A stretch of 63,707 nucleotides of DNA, counting the filler. It is 6 parts of 6 records of this genome, joined end to end, with 100 filler letters (N's around TTAATTAATTAA, not from the genome) between each part and the next. Parts side by side here need not be neighbours in the genome. Positions count along the whole stretch, not along the records: positions 25,045 to 34,599 come from SRR31147125_14171; positions 34,700 to 39,829 come from SRR31147125_14175; positions 39,930 to 51,686 come from SRR31147125_14196; 3 more parts are not named here. One strand, given 5' to 3'. How positions within the stretch are numbered: position 1 is the stretch's first letter; the number at the start of each line of letters is the position of its first letter. The translations under genes were made by a program, and so were the position numbers. Of the stretch, positions 30,138 to 41,053 are shown in pieces. A model generated the notes under the pieces. It was not told where the DNA came from, did not search any database, and saw only the letters and a program-made list of their open reading frames with translations.

Positions 30138-31792
30138 TTGATTTAAAAGACAGTTTAAAAACCTTATATCCGGATTCATTTGAAGAAGCTTATCATGAGA
30201 TTAATGAACTTATAGAAACTTCTAAAACAACAAGTACAAACGCTAAATTTACAGATCAAAATGATGTATTAGTCATCACTTATGGTGATTCAATTATAAA
30301 AAAAGGTGAAAAACCTTTAAAAACCTTAAAAACATTTTTGGATAGATATGTATATCCTCATATAAATAGTGTCCATATTCTGCCAATGTTTCCATATTCT
30401 TCAGATGATGGATTTTCAGTCATAGAATATGAAAAAATTAATCCTGATTTTGGTGATTGGGATGATATTAAAGCACTATCTTTAAATTATGATTTAATGT
30501 TTGATGCAGTGATTAATCATATATCTGCTCAAAGTGATTGGTTTAAGAAATATCAGCAAGATGATCCTAAATATCGCGCGTATTTTAAGCAATGTTTTGA
30601 AGATGTTGATTATCATCAGGTGATTAGACCAAGAGCATTACCATTATATTATGCATATGATACAAAGCATGGTCCCGAATTCTTGTGGGCTACGTTTAGT
30701 AAAGATCAATTAGATTTAAACTATGAAAATTATCATGTGCTCATACATGTCCTAAAAGTTTTAGCCTTATATGCAAAAAAAGGTTCAAGATTTATTCGAT
30801 TCGATGCAGTTGGATTTTTATGGAAAGATGAAAATACAACATCAATGCATCTTCCGCAAACACATCTATTAATAAAAATTATGAGATATGTATTAGATCG
30901 CATGTATCCAGGGACTATAATCATTACAGAGACAAATGTGCCACATGAAGAAAATGTCAGCTATTTTGGTAGTGATAATGATGAAGCACATATGGTTTAT
31001 CAATTTCCACTACCTCCACTTACCTTATTTAGTATTTTAAGTCAAAATGCAAGTAAATTATCACATTGGGCGAATCAATTAAAAGATACGCCACTTTCAG
31101 ATGAAAACACGTATTTTAATTTTCTAGCAAGCCACGATGGCATTGGTATGCGACCAGTTGAAAATATATTATCAAAGGATGAAAAACAATTAATGGTTGA
31201 TCATGTCATCAAACGTCGTGGTCGTATCGGTTATAAAAATAATGCTGATGGTAGTGTTTCACCTTATGAATTAAATATTAATTATTTTGATGCCATGAGT
31301 GATGAAAATGACAATCAATTAACAAATATCGACAAATTCATTGCTGCACATGTAATTTTACTTTCAATGAAAGGCATGCCTGCCATTTATATTCATAGTC
31401 TATTAGGATCTCATAATGACATTGAAGGTCTTGAAGAGTCTGGCATAAATCGTCGCATTAATCGAGAAAAACTCAACTTTGATATATTAGATAATGCATT
31501 AAAAGATCATCACAGTGATCGATATCTCATATTAAATACACTATTAAAACTGATTGAAGTAAGAAAAAAATATGATGCATTTGACCCAAAAGCAGATCAA
31601 ACGATACACTTTATAGATGATAGAGTATTTGCATTATCACGTCATGGCAAACAATCTGATGTTGATGTATTTGTAAATGTCTCTAAAGATGATATTTATA
31701 TTGATTGTGCAAGAGGTTATGATATTGTTAATCAAAAAAAAGTTAATGGTATGTTTTTAAAACCATATCAGTTTACTTGGATAGAAAAGTAA
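30134..31792 (+). CDS. GH13_18 sugar phosphorylase, glucosylglycerate phosphorylase type
   Basis: ITYGD, SSDDGF, RFDAVGF, ITETNVP, ASHDGIG, PYELN. The ETN and YELN residues match glucosylglycerate phosphorylase rather than sucrose phosphorylase (EIH/YQVN). Confidence 0.85.
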   Translation: MIDLKDSLKTLYPDSFEEAYHEINELIETSKTTSTNAKFTDQNDVLVITYGDSIIKKGEKPLKTLKTFLDRYVYPHINSVHILPMFPYSSDDGFSVIEYEKINPDFGDWDDIKALSLNYDLMFDAVINHISAQSDWFKKYQQDDPKYRAYFKQCFEDVDYHQVIRPRALPLYYAYDTKHGPEFLWATFSKDQLDLNYENYHVLIHVLKVLALYAKKGSRFIRFDAVGFLWKDENTTSMHLPQTHLLIKIMRYVLDRMYPGTIIITETNVPHEENVSYFGSDNDEAHMVYQFPLPPLTLFSILSQNASKLSHWANQLKDTPLSDENTYFNFLASHDGIGMRPVENILSKDEKQLMVDHVIKRRGRIGYKNNADGSVSPYELNINYFDAMSDENDNQLTNIDKFIAAHVILLSMKGMPAIYIHSLLGSHNDIEGLEESGINRRINREKLNFDILDNALKDHHSDRYLILNTLLKLIEVRKKYDAFDPKADQTIHFIDDRVFALSRHGKQSDVDVFVNVSKDDIYIDCARGYDIVNQKKVNGMFLKPYQFTWIEK

Positions 31793-31803
31793 GGGGGTTA
31801 TTT

Positions 31804-33147
31804 ATGAATATAGCACTCGCACATTTTAGAGTAGGATTTACTGATGGTGTTTCTTTGGAGATGGATAAGTGGAAAAAAGCATTAGAATCCTTAGGACATC
31901 AAGTTATTTATATTGCAGGGGATGCACATTTAGTAGATGCTAGAATAATACCTGAATTAAGCATTACGTCAAATAAGCATAAACAATTATTTCATTTATG
32001 TTATGAATCACTTGATATGATGGATGAACAAGCACTAAATGATATCATTTTGGAAGATGCAAATCGTATTGAAAAATCACTTTTAGAAGTGATAAACAAT
32101 GAAAAAATAGATATGATCATACCAAATAATATTTTTTCACTAGGACTTCACATACCTGCAGCACTAGCGTTTAAACAAGTGATAAAGCAAACAGGAATAG
32201 AAGTGATCAATCATCATCATGATTTTTATTGGGAGCGTGATCGATATAATGATCCAACGACTCAAAGTGTTAAAAAATATTTAAAAGATTTATTTCCATA
32301 TCATAAAAAAGGTATTTCGCATGTCGTCATTAATAAGATTGGACAAGATGCACTTAACCAAAGAAAAGGCATAAAAAGCATTGTTGTTCCTAATGTGTTT
32401 GATTTTGAACAACAACCTTTTGAAATTGATCCATACAACAAAGATTTATTTGATAAACTTGGTATAGAAAACAACGATATTGTATTTGTTCAAGCAACAC
32501 GTATTGAAGATCGCAAAGCTATTGAACTCGCTATTGATGTTGTCAATCAAGTACATAAAGATTTAGATAAATACATCGGTAAAACGATGTATAATCAGAA
32601 ATTAATTACAAAAACAACACGTATACACTTACTTATGCCTGGTTTAAATGAATTAAAATCATCTAAAATGAAAATACTTCAAGAAAAGATTGATCAATCG
32701 CCTGTCGATATTCAATTGATTAACCAATTGATTGGTGCGAAAAGAAGTGATAATCAAAAACAAAAAACTTATGCTTTATGGGATATGTATGCAATTGCTG
32801 ATATGATAACCTATCCTTCAATACTTGAAGGATGGGGGAATCAATTTTTAGAAGCTATATTTGCAAAAAAACCACTTGTAATTTATGAATATCCAGTCTT
32901 TTTAACGGATATTAAACAATATCATTTTGACGTTGTTTCGCTGGGGCATACATACCAAAAATGTGAAAATGGCTTAGTTTCTGTTAAAAACCGTATAAAT
33001 CAAGCATCACAGCAACTTTTAGAAATTTTAACAGATCAAAAGAAGTATTCAAAAATTGTTAACGAAAATTACGAAAAAGGCAAAAAACATTTATCTGTAA
33101 AACAACTTAAGAACATGCTTAATACTATTATTAGTAACAACATATAA
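31804..33147 (+). CDS. GT4/GT-B glycosyltransferase, mannosylglucosylglycerate-synthase-like
   Basis: TDGVSLEMDKW, HHHDFYWER, TRIEDRKAIE, YPSILEGWGNQFLEA. Confidence 0.75.
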   Translation: MNIALAHFRVGFTDGVSLEMDKWKKALESLGHQVIYIAGDAHLVDARIIPELSITSNKHKQLFHLCYESLDMMDEQALNDIILEDANRIEKSLLEVINNEKIDMIIPNNIFSLGLHIPAALAFKQVIKQTGIEVINHHHDFYWERDRYNDPTTQSVKKYLKDLFPYHKKGISHVVINKIGQDALNQRKGIKSIVVPNVFDFEQQPFEIDPYNKDLFDKLGIENNDIVFVQATRIEDRKAIELAIDVVNQVHKDLDKYIGKTMYNQKLITKTTRIHLLMPGLNELKSSKMKILQEKIDQSPVDIQLINQLIGAKRSDNQKQKTYALWDMYAIADMITYPSILEGWGNQFLEAIFAKKPLVIYEYPVFLTDIKQYHFDVVSLGHTYQKCENGLVSVKNRINQASQQLLEILTDQKKYSKIVNENYEKGKKHLSVKQLKNMLNTIISNNI

Positions 33148-33185
33148 TATAATTATAATGCCTTATTTGTTTTTCATAACATAGA

Positions 33186-33210
33186 TAAAACGCTTACACA
33201 ATGCTATAAT
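33186..33210 (+). promoter_or_regulatory. LacI/cre-like operator plus extended -10 (TGcTATAAT)
   Basis: TAAAACGCTTACA then TGCTATAAT, upstream of the substrate-binding protein gene. Confidence 0.55.
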
Positions 33211-33243
33211 TTTTATATAAATAAATATAAGGGAGAGAGTAAA

Positions 33244-34485
33244 ATGAAAAAAGTTTTAGTAGTTTTTATGGCTGCACTAGCATTAACTTTGTTAGCTAGT
33301 TGTGGTGATGGTGATGCAACTACATTGGTAATCTACAGTGATTTCGGTAGAGAAGTAGTTGAAAAAGAATTGTATCAATCAGAAATATTTGATGCATTTG
33401 AAGAAGAACATAATGTAGATATTCAGTTTGAAACACTTGCACAAGCCGAAGATACATTTAATAAAATTGATACTGAACAAAAAGCGGACAATTTCACAAT
33501 TGATTTATTAATTTCACATTTTGGGACAATGGCTGATTATATAAACGCTGGTTATGTTCAAACTGTCGATGACTTAGAAGATGAAATGGATGATCGTACA
33601 TTCCTATCAACATTTGATGGTTCAACAAATGATGGTGGTAACCGTTATTTCTTCCCAATTAACTCTGATGTTTACTTATCTTATGCTAATAAAGATGCAT
33701 TTGATAATTTGCCTACAGGTTTAACAAAAGAAGATATTCTTGCTGGCGACTATACATGGGAAGATTATGCAGCATGGGGTGCTGAATTAGGTGCTAATTC
33801 AATTCACATGAAAGCATTACCTTTAAAAATGTTAACTTATCAAATTGGTGGTATGGCACTATCAAATGGTGGTTCATATCCTGCATTTGATGATGCTGGT
33901 AACTTAAAAGCATGGCAAGATGTTATTGCGATGAAAGATTATATTCATCCTGAAAGTGCGACAACTTCAGATAGTGCAACATTAATGGCTGATGAGTCTG
34001 TCATGTTATCATTTGAACTTATGGCACCACTTGCAACAGCTTATTCATCTGCTCCAGCTAAATACGAAGTATTCCCTGGTCCTAAAGGTACATCAGGTAA
34101 AGCTGGATCTATTATTGGTGGTCATGGTATTGGTATTGTTGAAGGTGCACCACATCAAGAAATGGCAGAAGAATTTATTAAATGGTTTACAGCACCAGAA
34201 CAAATTGTTGATGCAGCACTTGGTACTATTCCAACAATTGAAGAAGCAACAGCAGCATTAACTGATGATCCTGCAGATCTTGTGATTAAACAAGGTTTAG
34301 AAACAGTTAAAAACGCTAATGTTGAAGGACTTCAAATGATTTCTGATTATACTTCATGGTCAGAAGTTAAAGCAGTTTATGATTCAGTATATACAGGCAT
34401 TATGGATGGATCAATCACATTGGATAATTTAGCAGCAACACTGACACAAAAACAAGCAGACCTTGATGCATTATTAGCAGATTAG
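33244..34485 (+). CDS. Sugar ABC transporter substrate-binding lipoprotein
   Basis: LASC lipobox and SBP family 1 features (FEEEHNVDIQF, GGHGIGI, AEEFIKWFT). Confidence 0.88.
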   Translation: MKKVLVVFMAALALTLLASCGDGDATTLVIYSDFGREVVEKELYQSEIFDAFEEEHNVDIQFETLAQAEDTFNKIDTEQKADNFTIDLLISHFGTMADYINAGYVQTVDDLEDEMDDRTFLSTFDGSTNDGGNRYFFPINSDVYLSYANKDAFDNLPTGLTKEDILAGDYTWEDYAAWGAELGANSIHMKALPLKMLTYQIGGMALSNGGSYPAFDDAGNLKAWQDVIAMKDYIHPESATTSDSATLMADESVMLSFELMAPLATAYSSAPAKYEVFPGPKGTSGKAGSIIGGHGIGIVEGAPHQEMAEEFIKWFTAPEQIVDAALGTIPTIEEATAALTDDPADLVIKQGLETVKNANVEGLQMISDYTSWSEVKAVYDSVYTGIMDGSITLDNLAATLTQKQADLDALLAD

Positions 34486-34504
34486 GTTAACAATAATTTA
34501 AACG

Positions 34505-34543
34505 TGAAAAATACAAGGAGGTACTTCCTTCTTGTATTTTTCA
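34505..34543 (+). terminator. Stem-loop after the SBP gene (terminator or mRNA stabiliser)
   Basis: tgaaaaatacaaggagg-tactt-ccttcttgtatttttca; a further gene begins at about 34571 (TTG) and is cut by the linker. Confidence 0.6.
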
Positions 34544-34599
34544 TAACTATTATGTAGAAGAGGTGGAATATTGAATGCAACAGTAGAAGTAAAGAAAAA

Positions 34600-34699
34600 N
34601 NNNNNNNNNNNNNNNNNNNNNNNNNNNNNNNNNNNNNNNNNNNTTAATTAATTAANNNNNNNNNNNNNNNNNNNNNNNNNNNNNNNNNNNNNNNNNNNN
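34600..34699. other. Artificial contig linker
   Basis: N44-TTAATTAATTAA-N44. Confidence 0.97.
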
Positions 34700-34882
34700 T
34701 TTTTTTATTCTATCAGCCAACTCTTGCTGTGTAATCCCATTATTGTAAAAAATCTCCATTAATACAGCCCATTGTTCAATTAATATTGGGAACCCATTTT
34801 CCTGAAGAACACGGTTCAAGTGTATATGAATCGCTCTATCTGCCTGATAAATTAAATAAGTTATGGGTATTTGATTGTTCAT
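34700..34882 (-). CDS. MarR-family regulator, 3'-truncated
   Basis: EQWAVLMEIFYNNGITQQELADRIKK, a MarR HTH. Confidence 0.8.
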
Positions 34883-35063
34883 TCTTTACACATACTAGTT
34901 GCGCTACCAACGAGTTTGCAATTTCTTTTACTTCTATCATTTTTCCAATTCTTTTTTCTTAATATTTGTTATTGAACCAAAAAAATAACTCAAATAGCAC
35001 TCTTGAGAAATTAAGAAATACAAAACATAGTGTTTTTATCAGCTATCGATCAATCTGTTTTTA

Positions 35064-35071
35064 TAACTTTG
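35064..35071 (+). promoter_or_regulatory. Bacteroidota -7 promoter element (TAnnTTTG) for nadB
   Basis: TAACTTTG 27 nt upstream of the ATG; no SD sequence, as is typical of Bacteroidota. Confidence 0.6.
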
Positions 35072-35097
35072 CAGTTCAATAAAAAGGCTGGTTCTTC

Positions 35098-36667
35098 ATG
35101 CAAACACTAAATTTCGACACCATTATTGTTGGCAGTGGTCTCGCAGGGTTAACTGCGGCTTACCATGCTTCCAAACACGGATCTGTCGCCATTATCACCA
35201 AGTCTCAACTTGACACGAGTAACTCTTACTATGCGCAAGGCGGTATTGCAGGAGCAATTACTCGCGATGACTCCCCTGAACTTCACTACCATGATACTCT
35301 TTTGGCTGGCAGAGGGCTTTGCGAAAAAGATGCAGTACAAATTTTGGTAAATGAAGGTCGTGATCGAATTTTAGAACTAATTGAGCTTGGGATGGAATTT
35401 GACCAGAATAATGATGAATACGTCTTAGGACTTGAAGGTGGACACAACAAACGACGAATATTACATGCTGGAGGAGATGCAACAGGCAAAAAGCTAACGA
35501 TGTTTATGCTAAAAAAACAATGGAACAACCAACTGTTTCTGTTTTTGAATACACAGCTGTTACCCGTCTAATTATTGAAAAAGCGAATGCATTGGATTGC
35601 AAGCCCTCGATTTTGTTTCTGGAGAAAATCAGATATTTACAGCACAGGCTACTATTTTAGCAACTGGTGGATTGTCGCGTATTTTTAATCGATCTACGAA
35701 CCCACATACAGCTACTGGCGATGGTATTGCACTTGCATTTGAAGCCGGTGCCCGATTGGCTGACATGGAATTTATCCAGTTTCATCCTTCGGCACTATCA
35801 GTAGAAGGGAAAGATGCATTTTTAATTAGCGAGGCTGTTCGTGGCGAAGGAGCCTGGCTACTTAATGAGAATGGCGAACGTTTTATGAAAGAGGTTCATC
35901 CCCTTGCAGAATTGGCACCACGTGATATTGTAGCATTTTCGATTTTTAAACAAATGCAAAAGCACAATAGTCCGCATATCTATCTTTCGGTTAAACATTT
36001 GGATGCAACAAAAATTAAAACCCGTTTTTCAAACATCAATAAAAAACTGAAAGAATACGGCTTTAATATGACCAAAGATCTACTACCAATTGCCCCTGCT
36101 GCACATTATATGGTTGGTGGAATTCGTACTGATTTAAATGGCGAAACGAACATCCCCGGATTATTTGCATGTGGAGAAGTTGCCTCAACAGGTGTAATGG
36201 GCGCAAATCGTCTGGCAAGCAACTCATTACTCGAATGCCTTGTTTTTGGAAAGCGTGCTAGTGAAAAAGCTGCTGGAAGAAAAAAACATGCCATAAAAAT
36301 TCAAAAACAAAAAGAACTCACAAACCTGGAGCAACATGAAGGTTTCTTTTTAGATATTAAAAATGAAATTGCAGATTTAATGTCAAAAAATGTAGGAATT
36401 GTAAGGCATGGCAACTCATTAAAAGAAACACTGTACCGCATTCAGGCAATAAAAAACAGAATACCCGAAAATCCGGAAGACTATAATATCCTTAAAGCTG
36501 AACAAACCGTTGATATTTGCTCATTGATTATCCAGTCGGCCATTAAACGCGAGGAAAGCAGAGGCGGACATATTCGTGAAGATTTTCAACATGAGAACCC
36601 AGACTTCAGGGTACATATCATTCAACAAAAAAATAAAGAACCCGAATTTATACCTTTACTAAAATGA
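35098..36667 (+). CDS. nadB: L-aspartate oxidase; two single-base deletions (A7 35511-35517 and about 35578-35583)
   Basis: GSGLAG, SYYAQGGIA, LEGGH..RRILH, FIQFHP, ISEAVRGEG, AHYMVGG, GANRLASNSLLE. Correction restores ...IEKGECIGLQALD. Confidence 0.9.
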
Positions 36668-37506
36668 TGAATAAGAAAGAGCTGGAAGCAGCAAAAATAT
36701 TAATTGATCTGGCCATGGAAGAAGATGTTTCTACCGGGGATATTACAACTAACAATGTAATTCCTGCAGAAACAAGAAGAAAAGCCTATATGGTAGCAAA
36801 AGCTGATGGTGTTATTGCCGGGCTTGAAGTTGCTGAAATGGTATTTCGCCAATTGGATGACAGCCTTAATTGGAAACCAACAGTAAAAGATGGTGATACT
36901 GTCAAGAATGGCGATATCATTGTTCAGTTTGATGCTTCTTATCGTGCCTTATTAACCGGCGAACGTACTGCACTAAACTTTTTTCAGCGCATGTGCGGTA
37001 TTGCAAGTATGTCTGCAATTTATGCTGATGCAGTTAAAGATTTCAAAACTGTAATCTTAGATACCCGCAAAACCTTACCTGGATTCAGAATGCTAGACAA
37101 ATATTCGGTAAAAACAGGTGGCGCAAGCAATCATCGAATTGGTCTGTTCGACATGGCAATGATCAAGGACAATCATATTGAAGTAGCTGGCGGAATTACT
37201 CCTGCTGTAGAGCAAATCCGTTCAAAAATTCCTGCCGATATTAAAATTGAAGTAGAAACCACATCGCTCAATCAAGTTCAGGAAGCATTGGATGCTGGTG
37301 CTGACATTATCATGCTGGATAATATGGACAATGAAACCATGACCCAAGCGGTAGAGTTAATCAATGGGAAAGCCAAAGTTGAAGCATCTGGTAATATGAC
37401 ATTAAAAAGGCTGCGGGAAGTTGCAGCAACCGGAGTTGATTTTATTTCTATTGGAGCACTAACCCACTCTGTGAGTGCAATGGATATTAGCCAACGTCTT
37501 GAATAA
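36664..37506 (+). CDS. nadC: Nicotinate-nucleotide pyrophosphorylase (QAPRTase)
   Basis: GERTALN, DTRKTLPG, HRIGL, IKDNH, MLDNM, EASG, GALTHS. Confidence 0.96.
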   Translation: MMNKKELEAAKILIDLAMEEDVSTGDITTNNVIPAETRRKAYMVAKADGVIAGLEVAEMVFRQLDDSLNWKPTVKDGDTVKNGDIIVQFDASYRALLTGERTALNFFQRMCGIASMSAIYADAVKDFKTVILDTRKTLPGFRMLDKYSVKTGGASNHRIGLFDMAMIKDNHIEVAGGITPAVEQIRSKIPADIKIEVETTSLNQVQEALDAGADIIMLDNMDNETMTQAVELINGKAKVEASGNMTLKRLREVAATGVDFISIGALTHSVSAMDISQRLE

Positions 37507-38240
37507 TGAATCTGGTAATTGACATAGGAAATACACGAACAAAACTTGCGTTGTTCAAGAATGATGAAATCACCTTGAACACCATACTGGATGAATTGAA
37601 ATTTGAAGATATCCAAAAGATAATCAATGATTATCCGAAAATAGCCAATGGTATAATTTCTTGTGTAAAAGATTATCCAATTAAAATAAAAGAATATCTA
37701 AAAAGTACTCTTCCTCATTTTATAGAGTTGGATAATAAAACATCAATCCCGATAAAAAACCGATACAAAACACCAGAAACGTTAGGCAGAGATAGACTGG
37801 CAGCTGCAGTTGGAGCAAACCAATTATTTCCTAATCAAAATCTATTAATTATTGATGCAGGAACTGCCATTACATTTGACTTTGTTTCGAAAGAAAATGA
37901 ATATTTGGGTGGGAACATTTCACCAGGAATTGAAACACGATTTAAAGCGCTTCATCAATATACAGGTAAGCTGCCTTTGGTTTATCACAAGAACGAGTAT
38001 AGCGAAATTGGAACAGATACTGAATCTGCAATAAGAGCAGGAGTACAACTTGGAGCTACTTTCGAAGTTGAACAATATATTGAGCACTTTAACAATCTTT
38101 ATCAAAATTTACAAATCATTATAACCGGGGGTGATGCTAAATTCTTTGATAAGAAGTTAAAAAAAACCATCTTTGTAGACTTTAATTTAAACCTGTTTGG
38201 ATTAAACAGAATACTGGAACATAATGTTGAAGAGACTTAG
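37506..38240 (+). CDS. coaX: Type III pantothenate kinase
   Basis: DIGNTRTK, TLGRDR, IIDAGTA, GGNISPG, TGGDA. Confidence 0.95.
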   Translation: MNLVIDIGNTRTKLALFKNDEITLNTILDELKFEDIQKIINDYPKIANGIISCVKDYPIKIKEYLKSTLPHFIELDNKTSIPIKNRYKTPETLGRDRLAAAVGANQLFPNQNLLIIDAGTAITFDFVSKENEYLGGNISPGIETRFKALHQYTGKLPLVYHKNEYSEIGTDTESAIRAGVQLGATFEVEQYIEHFNNLYQNLQIIITGGDAKFFDKKLKKTIFVDFNLNLFGLNRILEHNVEET

Positions 38241-39500
38241 CGGATTATTTATACTTGGACTTTTGCTTATTAGCAGTTTGTCTTCTTTTGCTCAAAATGA
38301 AAATACTTCATCACCATATAGTCGATTTGGATTAGGTGACATCCACCCATACTCATTTGGTCGATTCGCAGCAATGGGAGGTGCTTCAATTGGTAGTCGG
38401 CACAATATTCAAATCAACACGAGTAACCCTGCCTCTTATTCATCAATTGATAGTTTAACATTTATATTTGAATTTGGTGCTGATGGACGTTTCTCTGATT
38501 TTAAATCTGGAGATACAAAGTTAACTTCAAATGATGTAAACTTCAGATACTTTGCATTGAGTTGGCCAATTACACACTGGGCTGCTACAAGTATGGGAGT
38601 ATTGCCATATGCAGATAAGGGGTATGAAATATATTATGAAGTTGATGATACTGATTTTGGACGTGCAGCCCATAGCTACGCAGGTTCTGGAACAATATCG
38701 AAAGCATTTTTTGGTGCTGGATTTGATATTTCAAAAGCTCTTTCTCTTGGTATTAATGTTTATTACCTTTTTGGAACACAAAGCAATAACAGTTCAATTT
38801 TCTTTATTGACGATAACCAAGCGTATGACTTTTCTGAAATTGAACGAACCCGAATTCGTGATTTTGCATATCAATTAGGTATTCAATATGATTTTCAGTT
38901 AAAAAATGACAAATTCTTAACAGTTGGTGGAACTTTTGAAAATGAACCTGAATTTACGGCATTTCAAAGTCTCCGCAAAATATTCTTCAAACAGGAGAAG
39001 GGCTTTTAGTAGATACTCTTGACTTTAAAGATGAAGAACGAAATACAATAAAGCTACCTACAACCTACTCCTTAGGTGTATCATTTGCAAAGCTTAATAA
39101 ATTCGAAATTAATGCAGACTATTATTTTGCCAAATGGAGTGAAGCAAAGCTTTTTGGAATGACTTTAGCAGAACTAACTAACCAAAGTCGTTTCTCAATT
39201 GGAGGGGAATATATCCCAGAGGCTGCTTCAATTCGAAGCTATATCAAAAAAATCAGATATCGTGCTGGGCTGCACTATGAAAAATCCTATTTAAACATTG
39301 GCGGTCAGCAAATTAATGAGTTTGGCATGAGTTTTGGTTTAGGATTACCAGTTAATCGTTCTAAATCAACTATCAATTTAGCAGTTGAAGTTGGTCGAAA
39401 AGGAACTACAACCAATAATTTGATACGAGAGAATTACACAAAGCTAAGTTTATATTTAAATTTAAGCGACACTTGGTTCTATCAGCGAAAGTTTGATTAA
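38224..39500 (+). CDS. Bacteroidota outer-membrane beta-barrel protein (FadL-like), split by a frameshift at about 38960-38980
   Basis: Signal peptide, SPYSRFGLG, NPAS, C-terminal WFYQRKFD; the second frame is open from about 38976 to 39500. Confidence 0.75.
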
Positions 39501-39526
39501 TAAGATAAAAGTAATTATATAATATT

Positions 39527-39829
39527 TTGATCATGAAACCTTTATTCACAAAAACAATCCTACTAACATTCACAATTGCTATTCTGGTGAGTGTTTCAGC
39601 TGTTGCCCAGAGGGTGATTACGGGAACAGTATATCGCGAGGGGAAAGTAGCTGCAGGCGTGACTGTTGAAGCACACAAATCATCTGAAACTTTTATGACA
39701 AGTTTTGACGGAAAATATGAAATCAAAGCTGATGCAAAAAGTAAGTACCTCAAATTTACATTTATTGATGATACACGTAAATTTGATATCGAAGGAAATA
39801 GCAGCAATGTATTTGATTTTAGCTTTGAC
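39527..39829 (+). CDS. Exported protein with an N-terminal carboxypeptidase-regulatory-like domain, 3'-truncated
   Basis: Signal peptide (AVA-Q), then ITGTVY..G...AGVTV...TSFDGKYEI. Confidence 0.65.
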
Positions 39830-39929
39830 NNNNNNNNNNNNNNNNNNNNNNNNNNNNNNNNNNNNNNNNNNNNTTAATTAATTAANNNNNNNNNNNNNNN
39901 NNNNNNNNNNNNNNNNNNNNNNNNNNNNN
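39830..39929. other. Artificial contig linker
   Basis: N44-TTAATTAATTAA-N44. Confidence 0.97.
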
Positions 39930-40181
39930 ACACATATTTATCCAAATTATCAAGTACCACCATTTTATGATTCTTTGCTGGCAAAACTTATTGTACACGC
40001 ACCAACTAGAAGAGAAGCTATCAAAAAGATGCGTATGGCACTTGAACAATTTGTGATTGAAGGTATTACAACAAATATCGAATATCAATATTTAATTATG
40101 TATCATACGGATTTTATGAGAGGAAATTATGATACGGGATTTATTTCGAGATTCCAAAAACTAGTGGAGGATCGTAAGTAA
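39930..40181 (+). CDS. accC: Biotin carboxylase, C-terminal fragment
   Basis: VPPFYDSLLAKLIVHAPTRREAI..M..AL...IEGITTNI. Confidence 0.9.
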   Translation, partial: THIYPNYQVPPFYDSLLAKLIVHAPTRREAIKKMRMALEQFVIEGITTNIEYQYLIMYHTDFMRGNYDTGFISRFQKLVEDRK

Positions 40182-41053
40182 TGCATACATTTTTAGATGA
40201 AAGAAAAAAACAATTAGAAACATTTAAAAAAGATATTAGAAAACAAAAACATACATCTATACCAACTGAAATTCCAGATGGATTATTTGTTAAATGTGAT
40301 AGTTGTCAGGAAGTTATTTATAGAAAGACACTTATTGATCATTTAATGGTTTGTCCGGTGTGTCAAAATCATTTTATTATATCTGCTAGAAATCGACTAC
40401 ACATGACAGTAGATAGTGGCTCTTTTCATGAGTTATTTGTCCACATCAAATCATCGAATCCTCTTGATATGCAAGGATATGAAGATAAACTTAAAAAAGG
40501 ATTTAAATCGAGTGGTGAAGAAAGTGCATTTTTATGTGGTCGCGCAACCATTAATGACTTAAAAGTAAATATTGGTATTTTAGATCCATTATTTATGATG
40601 GGATCCATGGGTAGTGTTGTTGGTGAGAAATTAACGCGATTAATTGAAGATGCGATTGAGGAAGAAAGGCCTTTAGTCATCTTTTCTGCATCAGGTGGCG
40701 CACGGATGCAAGAAGGTATATTATCACTGATGCAAATGGCGAAAACCAGTGCAGCACTAACGAAACTAAGTGATGCCGGATTGCTATTTATAAGTGTTTT
40801 AACCTATCCGACGACAGGTGGTGTGGCAGCAAGTTTTGCATCACTTGGTGATATTATGATAGCTGAAGAAAAAGCGATGATAGGGTTTGCTGGTGCTAGA
40901 GTCATCAAGCAAACCATTAAACAAGATTTGCCAGAAGGCTTTCAAACAGATAAATTTCAATTAGAACATGGTCAAGTTGATATGATTGTTCATCGCAAAG
41001 ATATGAAAAAGATGTTATATAAACTTATTAAAATACATCAGGTGAGCCTATGA
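40181..41053 (+). CDS. accD: Acetyl-CoA carboxylase carboxyltransferase beta subunit
   Basis: CDSC...CPVC zinc finger, MGSMGSVVGEK, SGGARMQEG, TTGGVAAS. Confidence 0.96.
   Translation: MHTFLDERKKQLETFKKDIRKQKHTSIPTEIPDGLFVKCDSCQEVIYRKTLIDHLMVCPVCQNHFIISARNRLHMTVDSGSFHELFVHIKSSNPLDMQGYEDKLKKGFKSSGEESAFLCGRATINDLKVNIGILDPLFMMGSMGSVVGEKLTRLIEDAIEEERPLVIFSASGGARMQEGILSLMQMAKTSAALTKLSDAGLLFISVLTYPTTGGVAASFASLGDIMIAEEKAMIGFAGARVIKQTIKQDLPEGFQTDKFQLEHGQVDMIVHRKDMKKMLYKLIKIHQVSL

Noticed and set aside
35026-35047. NrtR-like operator upstream of nadB (ATAGTGT-N7-AGCTAT)
   Set aside because: Only one half-site fits the GT-N7-AC palindrome, and no nrtR gene is visible; too weak to call.
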